Shown piece after piece: positions 56,778-64,000 of a stretch of 64,000 bases of DNA. The notes beneath the pieces are model-generated. The model did not search any database. It was not told the origin of the DNA and was given only the letters and a program-made list of their open reading frames with translations. Position 1 is the stretch's first letter, and every line of letters begins with the position of its first letter. Position numbers and translations under genes: made by a program. The stretch is from Candidatus Obscuribacterales bacterium (GTDB lineage Bacteria > Cyanobacteriota > Vampirovibrionia > Obscuribacterales > Obscuribacteraceae). Location: the NCBI GenBank assembly GCA_965228855.1, contig CBDDIJ010000003.1, forward strand, positions 736,001-800,000, written 5' to 3'.

Positions 56778-57113
56778 ATGAAGTCCATTCACCAAAAGAC
56801 AGATAAGTTACGCCAATTCCAGTCTGCTTTTTTTAAGGCACTTTCGAGCCCGGTGCGTATTGCGATTCTCGAGGAGCTGAGGGGGGGCGAAAAATCAGTA
56901 ACCGAGCTCAAAGCAAAATTGCAACTTGATTCCACCAATGTTTCACAGCAACTCGCAGTTCTCAAAGCTGAGCACATTGTGACAGGAGAACGACGTGGAG
57001 CGAATATTTTTTACAGCTGTACCGACCAAGCTATCTTCTTCTTGTTAGACGCTTCGAAGGTCGTGTTTCACAATCAGCTTGAGAGCATCGAAAAGCTTCT
57101 TAAAAGCACATAA
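56778..57113 (+). CDS. ArsR/SmtB family transcriptional regulator
   Basis: FFKALSSPVRIAILEELRGGEKSVTEL...VSQQLAVLK...ERRGANIFYS. Confidence 0.93.
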   Translation: MKSIHQKTDKLRQFQSAFFKALSSPVRIAILEELRGGEKSVTELKAKLQLDSTNVSQQLAVLKAEHIVTGERRGANIFYSCTDQAIFFLLDASKVVFHNQLESIEKLLKST

Positions 57114-57351
57114 GTGTGTGGTTTCGAATTTTAGGCTTAGAAGAATTCCGGTTTCTATTCCACTTGACGCCCGCTGCAAATTTCGTTAGCTAGCGGCTTG
57201 CAACGCATAGAATTTCGTTTTTAGCGAAGGGATTGCGTCGAAGGGCGCGGATAGTGCCAGACACTGACAAACCGAACTAGTCATGCTATAAGCAGTGAAC
57301 AGGTGCAGGAATTGCTTACAGTGGAACGCTGGATTTACGAACAATAAGCGC

Positions 57352-58671
57352 ATGAGTGGCGTCGCCTCCGATAAGAAAATCGCGATAGTGGGTGCAGGTC
57401 CCGTTGGGATCAGCGTAGCGCGTGCATTGAAGATGCATGGTATCGACTACGATCAGTTTGAGGCTGGTAGCGCAGTTGGTGGCAATTGGCGACATGGCGT
57501 TTATCATACTGCGCATATAATTTCGTCCAAGAAAACGACGGAATATCCTGATTATCCCATGCCAGCGGACTATCCTGACTTCCCCAGTGCAGCTCAAATG
57601 CTTTCGTATTTAGAAGGCTATGTCGCGCACTACGGCTTGGATGAAAGCATCACCTTTGGCACTGAAGTCACGTCTGTTGCTCCTGCCGAAAACGATTTAT
57701 GGGAGCTAGAGCTTAGTATCGCGGGTAGTTGCATGGGAAATATTGCTGACTCTCCGGAAAGCGAGTCTCGAATTTCTGAGAAGCGGTGTTATGAGGGCGT
57801 GGTAATTTGCAATGGACATCATTGGGATCAGCGTTGGCCAATGTACCCTGGTGAATTTTCCGGAGAGATGATTCATTCCAAGGACTACAAGCATCCAGAT
57901 CAGTTGCGGGGAAAACGGGTTCTTGTTATTGGCGGGGGGAACTCCGCATGTGACATCGCCTCGGAGGCTGCCAGGGTTGCAAAAAGCTCTCATCTCAGTT
58001 TGCGGCGTGGATATTGGTTTATGCCAAAAACGTTTTACGGTGTTCCTACTGCGGAGTTGCTGACGACCTGGATGCCGGTGTGGATGCAGCGCATTCACCT
58101 GGAGCTTTTGGTAAAAATCGCAGTAGGCGACTATCGAGAATATGGGCTAATGAAGCCCGACCATAAGATCTTCGACCATCATCCGACAATCAATACCGAA
58201 CTTCTTCATTATCTGAAGCATGGACGTATTCAGCCTCATCCGGATGTTAAGTCGTTCAACGGTAACACGGTTGAATTTGTTGACGGTGCCCAGGACGATT
58301 TCGATTTGATCATTTGCGCCACAGGATTTCATGTCTCTATTCCTTTTCTTGCACCGGATGTGGTGACTATTAAGGGACCGGTGGTTGAGGCGCATTGGGA
58401 GATGGTCGCTCCTCGTCACAGGCAGCTGTATGTTTTTGGATGGGGTCAGGCTCGTTATGGCTTCGGACCGCTTTTGACTCCTGCGAGTGAGCTTCTTGCT
58501 GATCTGATTTTGATGCAACGTCGGCTATCGCATCCGCTCGGCGAAGTTCTAACCAAGCTTCGGCAGCCCTTGCCTAAAAGTCATCTTCTCGACCCGATGG
58601 AAGCCCTGCGCCGGATCAAAAGGGTGCGCAGGGTGATGTGGATGCTGCCGATTATTGATCGTCTAATTTAG
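57352..58671 (+). CDS. Flavin-containing monooxygenase (FMO/class B)
   Basis: GAGPVG, FMO signature FSGEMIHSKDYK, GGGNSACD, ATG motif. Confidence 0.93.
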   Translation: MSGVASDKKIAIVGAGPVGISVARALKMHGIDYDQFEAGSAVGGNWRHGVYHTAHIISSKKTTEYPDYPMPADYPDFPSAAQMLSYLEGYVAHYGLDESITFGTEVTSVAPAENDLWELELSIAGSCMGNIADSPESESRISEKRCYEGVVICNGHHWDQRWPMYPGEFSGEMIHSKDYKHPDQLRGKRVLVIGGGNSACDIASEAARVAKSSHLSLRRGYWFMPKTFYGVPTAELLTTWMPVWMQRIHLELLVKIAVGDYREYGLMKPDHKIFDHHPTINTELLHYLKHGRIQPHPDVKSFNGNTVEFVDGAQDDFDLIICATGFHVSIPFLAPDVVTIKGPVVEAHWEMVAPRHRQLYVFGWGQARYGFGPLLTPASELLADLILMQRRLSHPLGEVLTKLRQPLPKSHLLDPMEALRRIKRVRRVMWMLPIIDRLI

Positions 58672-58730
58672 CGCCATTTCGTTCTACCTGGTTCGGTCTA
58701 CGGATCGAAGGGCGTGAACGCGGAGTATCG

Positions 58731-59600
58731 CTAGTCTCGTAATGCTCGCTTCATAAGGCGCTCGCTGCGGTCTTTCGCAGCTTTGCTAATAAATCTCCAG
58801 AATACATTCGGCAGGTGCCGTTTAAACCGCCAGAGTATGATGGCGTCACGTGGCATGACCACGTAAAGATGATTCTCGCTCACTTTTCGCAGTGTCGCTG
58901 AAGCGACTGCTTCCGCGGAGAGTTTTGAGTCGTTGACGAACAACTGCGCGAGTTTATTATCTTCTACAGAGCCAAGTGCATCGTTCCCGATATTCGTCCG
59001 AACATAGGTTGGCATCAACACCGAGACACCAATCGCGTCATCACAGAGTTCTGCGCGCAATGTTTCGCTCAATGCAACGACGCCGGCCTTGGCAGTGTTA
59101 TAGGCGGACATTCTGGGCGCTGTGACAAATGCGGCCGCACTCGCCACATTGAGAATGTGGCCATTCCCCTGGCTCTTCATAATCGGAACGAATAGATGGC
59201 AGCCGTTTACGACCCCCATTAGATTCACGTCGATTACTTTTCGGAAATCTCTTATAGTCATTTCGTGGAGATAGCCACCGCATCCGATACCAGCGTTGTT
59301 AATACCAACATCGATACCACCGTGCCGCCTCTGGAAATCATTCACGGCCTCAGCAAATTGCTCGTAATTCGAGACGTCGAAAGTGTATGAGATTGCCTCG
59401 CCGCCGGCAGTAAGAACCGCCTTTACCGCGTCGCTCAATCGCTGCTCATCGATATCAGTGAGTGCCAGTTTCCAGTTGCCCCTTGCCAAATCGGTAGCAA
59501 ATGCGAGTCCAAGCCCACTGCCCGCTCCGGTTATGAAGGCGCGCTTGCCGGGAAACCTCCTGGCTAGCTTGTCGAGATATCGGCTTGAGCTATTTTGCAA
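58731..59600 (-). CDS. Short-chain dehydrogenase/reductase
   Basis: TGAGSGLG, NNAG, NVAS, YNTAK catalytic motif. Confidence 0.95.
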   Translation of the reverse strand: MQNSSSRYLDKLARRFPGKRAFITGAGSGLGLAFATDLARGNWKLALTDIDEQRLSDAVKAVLTAGGEAISYTFDVSNYEQFAEAVNDFQRRHGGIDVGINNAGIGCGGYLHEMTIRDFRKVIDVNLMGVVNGCHLFVPIMKSQGNGHILNVASAAAFVTAPRMSAYNTAKAGVVALSETLRAELCDDAIGVSVLMPTYVRTNIGNDALGSVEDNKLAQLFVNDSKLSAEAVASATLRKVSENHLYVVMPRDAIILWRFKRHLPNVFWRFISKAAKDRSERLMKRALRD

Positions 59601-59826
59601 TTCGATGTCCTGTTGGGCAGGCGGCAGAAAACTGTTACTAGTATGCCGCGCTATCAGGTGTCTGGAGACCGAATCGCGAGCGGCGTAACTTAAAATGCTC
59701 TTATTTACCCTGGCAAATCGACATCAATCAATTCGCATTCCTATAACCTAGTGCCGTGAGCTCGTAGCTGATAGGCTACGCAATTGCTCAATCGTTTAGC
59801 GCTGTACCTATTTTGGAGACGAAAAG

Positions 59827-61437
59827 ATGTTCAGGCGAATGCTGGTTTCAACGATGGCACTGCTGATGGTGCTACTGATTCTTTCACCGCAGGCGGCGCT
59901 TTGCGCTTCAGGGGACAAGCCGAACATCGTGTTTATCATGGGCGATGATATTGGCTGGTTCAATGTTGGCGCGTACAACCAGGGCATTATGGCTGGTAAG
60001 ACTCCCCATATCGATAAGTTGGCATCGGAGGGACTGAGATTTACCGATTACTATGCCGAAGCCAGTTGCACCGCCGGCAGAGCCAACTTCATAACCGGCC
60101 AACTACCGATCAGGACCGGTATGACCACAGTCGGTCAGGCCGGCGCCGCTGTCGGCATACCGGCCCAAGCCGTCACGATAGCCGCGGCCTTGAAAGGTAT
60201 GGGTTATACGACAGGTCAGTTCGGCAAGAATCACCTTGGCGATTTGAATAGGTTCTTACCCACGGTTCATGGATTTGATGAATTCTTTGGTTACTTGTAT
60301 CACCTTGATGCAATGGAAGATCCAGCCCACAGAAATTATCCGCAAGAACTTGTCGCAACCGTTGGTCCGCGCAACATGATTCACTCCTGGGCAACCGACA
60401 CGAATGATCCTACGGAGCAACCTCGCTGGGGCGTGGTTGGCAAGCAAAAAATTGAGGACGCCGGTCAACTTTATCCAAAGCGAATGGAAACAGTTGATGA
60501 TGAGATTCTCGAGAAGTCGCTGGCATTTATGGACAAGTCACGTAAAGATGGTAAGCCCTTCTTCGTCTGGTTGAATCCAACGAGAATGCACGTTGTTACG
60601 CATTTGTCGGAAAAGTACGATTCGATGCGTAACTCGAAGAACGGTTGGTCAGTACAGGAAGCCGGAATGGCGCAACTTGACGATATTGTCGGATCTGTCA
60701 TGAAATATCTGAAGGACAATGGTATCGATGACAATACCATCGTTGCGTTCACCACTGACAATGGTGCGGAGAACTTCACCTGGCCGGACGGCGGACAAAC
60801 ACCATTTGCAGGTGGTAAAGGAACGGCTCTGGAAGGAGGTTTCCGTGTTCCTGCAATAGTGCGCTGGCCCGGAAAGATTCCAGCCGGCCGTGTAGAGAAT
60901 GGTATCTTTAGCGGTCTCGATTGGTTTCCAACGCTTGTGTCAATGGCAGGAAATCCAAACATAAAAGATGAACTAAAGAAGGGCAAACTAATCGGTGATA
61001 CCACTTTTAAAGTGCACCTTGATGGCTACGATCAAACACCTTTGCTTACCGGAACCGGTCCTTCAAATCGTCACGAAGTCTTCTACTTCACCGAAGGTAC
61101 GTTGAGTGCGGTGCGTTTAAACGATTACAAATATCGCTTTACCGACCAGCCGAATGGTTGGCTGGGTGCCACTGAAAAAGTGGATTGGCCCATTCTGACC
61201 AATCTGCGACTCGATCCTTTTGAGCGCACTGGAAATCCAAGCAGTCGTGGTGGTTCTCTTGGATACGGTGATTGGTTTACCTACGAATTCTGGCGCTTTG
61301 TTTTCGTGCAGCAAGAGGTTGCGAAAACAGCCCAGACATTTATTGAGTTTCCACCTATGCAGAAAGGCGCGTCCTTTAACATGGAATCAATTAAGGAGAA
61401 ACTCTTGAACCGTATCAATGCTGCCCATGGAAATTAG
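59827..61437 (+). CDS. Secreted arylsulfatase (Cys-type, formylglycine-dependent)
   Basis: Signal peptide; PNIVFIMGDD, CTAGR, GKNHLG, TTDNG. Confidence 0.95.
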   Translation: MFRRMLVSTMALLMVLLILSPQAALCASGDKPNIVFIMGDDIGWFNVGAYNQGIMAGKTPHIDKLASEGLRFTDYYAEASCTAGRANFITGQLPIRTGMTTVGQAGAAVGIPAQAVTIAAALKGMGYTTGQFGKNHLGDLNRFLPTVHGFDEFFGYLYHLDAMEDPAHRNYPQELVATVGPRNMIHSWATDTNDPTEQPRWGVVGKQKIEDAGQLYPKRMETVDDEILEKSLAFMDKSRKDGKPFFVWLNPTRMHVVTHLSEKYDSMRNSKNGWSVQEAGMAQLDDIVGSVMKYLKDNGIDDNTIVAFTTDNGAENFTWPDGGQTPFAGGKGTALEGGFRVPAIVRWPGKIPAGRVENGIFSGLDWFPTLVSMAGNPNIKDELKKGKLIGDTTFKVHLDGYDQTPLLTGTGPSNRHEVFYFTEGTLSAVRLNDYKYRFTDQPNGWLGATEKVDWPILTNLRLDPFERTGNPSSRGGSLGYGDWFTYEFWRFVFVQQEVAKTAQTFIEFPPMQKGASFNMESIKEKLLNRINAAHGN

Positions 61438-61533
61438 GTGTCGACCCGCTCATACAGTCACGCTTGTCTCAAGCCCGTGAAAATTGAATTCGGGTAAGAG
61501 CTGGTTCGGTTAATATTAATTCGAGCGGCTGGA

Positions 61534-61986
61534 CTAGTCGTTGGCGTCAGCGTTTATGTTCACAAAGGGAACTTTAACTTTCACCTTGCCGCTGTACGGG
61601 TCTTTATTGATATGCACGAACGGCGCATTGACATGGACCTCGCCAGTGTTCTCGTCGCTATCGATAGCTACCCCGGGAGCGCGCACATGAGTGCGAGGGG
61701 GCACTGTGTTGTCGATGCGGCGGTTGTCCAGAGTTACCTCTGCGCCGGGCTCTCCAGCATACTCTGCCGGTGTCTTTGGCTCGACGGTGCGGATTGTTTC
61801 AGTCGTGACGCGCGAATCGCCGGTTTCAGAAACTTCGATTTTGCGGGATTCTCCGTAGCCATCGATGCTGCTGCCGCTGCTTTCAGATGTGGTTTTCGCT
61901 CCTCCACAGGATGCGATGAAAACGCACGCCGCGATAACGGGAACGACCTTCAAAACGAACTTCTCATTGCAATACGTACGCATCAT
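61534..61986 (-). CDS. Putative lipoprotein with C-terminal V-x-V-x-x-P-[FG]-V-x-I repeats
   Basis: Lipobox IASC; THVRAPGVAI / VHVNAPFVHI / VKVKVPFVNI. Confidence 0.7.
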   Translation of the reverse strand: MMRTYCNEKFVLKVVPVIAACVFIASCGGAKTTSESSGSSIDGYGESRKIEVSETGDSRVTTETIRTVEPKTPAEYAGEPGAEVTLDNRRIDNTVPPRTHVRAPGVAIDSDENTGEVHVNAPFVHINKDPYSGKVKVKVPFVNINADAND

Positions 61987-62067
61987 TTACCTCAGCAGTC
62001 GACCTTTCGCCTGTCTTTTAACAATCTAGCGCGATTTGCACAATCGATGCGGCCTGGCTGCGTCAGT

Positions 62068-62664
62068 TCAATCCGGTGCGAATCGCCGGAGCTTCGCCAC
62101 GAACCTCGGGTCTACCATGCAGACGCCATCCGTGCAGGAACTGGAGGCTACCTCCACCAGCAACGATTTTTCATCGGGGAGCAAAGGAATTTTCATTACG
62201 CCGGTTGGCAGAACTCGTGATGGAGTTGCCGCCTTGACTTCCATGACCTGAAGAACTTGCTTGGCGATGCCTGGATCAAGCCATACTGATGCCAGTCGCA
62301 TGCTGCGAACGGCTGTTTCCAAAACAGTCGCAATATTACTTTTGAGCACGTAACCATCGGCTCCGGCATCAAGTGCAGCGAAAATATCCTCCGGCGCGTC
62401 GCTTGCCGTGACTATCAAGATTTTTACGCTCCTGTGTGCAGAGCGAATCTGTTTCGTTAGCTCGATTGCGTCTGTGTCGGAATAACCTAAATCCAGTAAC
62501 GTCACATCGACCGTTTCACCCGTGAGAAAGTTCAAGGCCTCTGCATCATTGACGAGCGCCACGAGCGATAAGTCAGAGAATTGTGCAAAAAACTTCTGCA
62601 ACGCAATTTTGCTGTCAGAGTCACTACCGATGGACAAAACTCGAATCGACATTTCGTTAGACAT
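62068..62664 (-). CDS. NarL-like response regulator with a truncated or replaced output domain
   Basis: Receiver motifs DVTLLD, ILIVTAS, GADGYVLK, WLDPGIA; C-terminus lacks a full LuxR HTH. Confidence 0.85.
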   Translation of the reverse strand: MSNEMSIRVLSIGSDSDSKIALQKFFAQFSDLSLVALVNDAEALNFLTGETVDVTLLDLGYSDTDAIELTKQIRSAHRSVKILIVTASDAPEDIFAALDAGADGYVLKSNIATVLETAVRSMRLASVWLDPGIAKQVLQVMEVKAATPSRVLPTGVMKIPLLPDEKSLLVEVASSSCTDGVCMVDPRFVAKLRRFAPD

Positions 62665-62789
62665 GATTGTTTAGCGTCCAAACAGGAATTCTATTATTTA
62701 GTACCGCATTCTCGCCCCAGTTATATAAACTATATGCGCCGTCGAAGCGTTGAACAGGCTAAACTGTGACTGAGCAAGGGGCATTATGA

Positions 62790-63221
62790 ATGGGATACGT
62801 TGAAGTAGAAGAAAGCTTGTTGGTTGGGGCACCGCCTGCGAAAGTTTATAAAGTGCTTGCCGATCCTCAGCATCATAAGCACATATTGCCGGAGGAATTC
62901 GTCAGCTACGGCGAGGAGGCTGACGGAACGGTCTCCTTCACTCTCAAAGTCGGTGGAGTTGAGCGCCACATGCGGGTGCGTACAGAAGAGGCAGAGCCGA
63001 ACCGATTGTTTCGCGAGATCGAAGTTAATAGCAATATCGCGACTGAGTTCCTGCTAGAGCCGCATCCGGACGGCACTGTAGTAACCATCTCAATGAAATA
63101 CGAGACAAAGAAGAACATCGCCGGATGGATCGAGCAACTGACAGTCCCATTCTTGCTGCGACCGCTGTACAAGAAAGAGCTTGTGAAACTGGGCCGCTAT
63201 GTGCTTCTGGTGACTGATTAG
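62790..63221 (+). CDS. SRPBCC (polyketide cyclase/START-like) family protein
   Basis: VGAPPAKVYKVLAD...ILP...TEFLLEP...GTVVTI, with a C-terminal helix. Confidence 0.85.
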   Translation: MGYVEVEESLLVGAPPAKVYKVLADPQHHKHILPEEFVSYGEEADGTVSFTLKVGGVERHMRVRTEEAEPNRLFREIEVNSNIATEFLLEPHPDGTVVTISMKYETKKNIAGWIEQLTVPFLLRPLYKKELVKLGRYVLLVTD

Positions 63222-63242
63222 TCTGTTTCTCAGTCGCCCAGT

Positions 63243-63974
63243 TTAAGTGAATATTTTTCGATGTTCAAACATCCAGTCAAATAGCCCGTGTTCGCGCAGA
63301 GCGAGTGTAAGCGTTTCATGTCCTAAGCCCTCCCACTCTGTCACGCGGGGGTGGCGACCGAGTTGATGCAACTCGTGAATCACTGCTCTCGTCTCGTCGA
63401 TTGGACACGGCTCGTCGTAAGTGCCCTGGAGAAACCAGATAGGTGTTGCACCGATTTCGCGAGCAATCGCTTTTGGACGATCGTAGGCTACAAACATTGA
63501 CTCAAAGAGCGGCTTCGCCTCATCAGTCATTTTTGGCGGTGGCTCAGCACCGATCCAAGTGATACCAGGGGCGATGCACACTACTGCTGCGAATAGTTCG
63601 CTATGACGCGCCATCAGCCATAACGCGCTCGATCCTCCCATAGAGAACCCGGCAAGGTAGACGCGTGAGGCGTCAGCGTTGAACTCCTCGATACCTTTGC
63701 GAACCGCATGAACGACGCGCTCCTCCATCTCTCCGTAGAATGCGCGGTATTCGCGCTCACATTGGGGAAAAACAACTACCGCCGGCAGTTGATATTCGTC
63801 GAGAACTTCCTCCACGCCTTTTACCGGCAGACCGCGGTTATCTCCGCGTTCTGCTGACCCATGCAGAAAAGCGATTATGGGCGGATTGGATATCTCTCCA
63901 ATGTTGTGTGGGTGCCAGGCAACGAAATTGAAGGGTGCTCTGCAATCGTCAACGTGCAACAGAACAAAAGGCAT
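63243..63974 (-). CDS. Alpha/beta hydrolase (phospholipase/carboxylesterase or predicted peptidase type)
   Basis: FLHGSAERG, RVYLAGFSMGG (GxSxG), catalytic D (GTYD) and H (LGH). Confidence 0.9.
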   Translation of the reverse strand: MPFVLLHVDDCRAPFNFVAWHPHNIGEISNPPIIAFLHGSAERGDNRGLPVKGVEEVLDEYQLPAVVVFPQCEREYRAFYGEMEERVVHAVRKGIEEFNADASRVYLAGFSMGGSSALWLMARHSELFAAVVCIAPGITWIGAEPPPKMTDEAKPLFESMFVAYDRPKAIAREIGATPIWFLQGTYDEPCPIDETRAVIHELHQLGRHPRVTEWEGLGHETLTLALREHGLFDWMFEHRKIFT

Positions 63975-64000
63975 GATGTCTCCGGGTTTCCAAATTCTGA

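Noticed and set aside
57352..63974. FMO, SDR, sulfatase, SRPBCC and hydrolase as a biosynthetic cluster
   Set aside because: Mixed orientations, interrupting unrelated genes and no scaffold enzyme (PKS, NRPS or RiPP precursor)

Overview
A gene-dense chromosomal window of roughly 50% GC (estimated by eye) with about 45 supportable CDS. I found no rRNA, tRNA, CRISPR array, integrase or transposase. The gene content (many TPR, WG-repeat and TonB-C proteins, an RRM protein, a giant beta-helical surface protein and a fused Rieske/cytochrome b + bd-like operon) suggests a non-photosynthetic Cyanobacteriota relative (Melainabacteria/Obscuribacterales-like); this is inference only. The most notable locus is a four-gene respiratory operon at 21396-25689: a CydA paralog, a Rieske protein with an unusual N-terminal CX5CX5CX5C extension, a fused cytochrome b, and a CydA-like subunit with a fused c-type heme. 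It has no cydB, and the two CydA paralogs appear to divide the canonical heme ligands between them. Other highlights are a ~3,400-aa repetitive surface protein with no visible secretion partner and a structured leader, an orphan VirB2/TrbC-like pilin behind clustered TGTGATC sites, an atypical response regulator whose HTH is replaced by a CTDGVC tail, a Cys-repeat/TM/PDZ/TPR protein, two TetR-efflux modules with visible operators, and two short intergenic tandem repeats. All functional calls come from motif recognition by eye, with no database searches.
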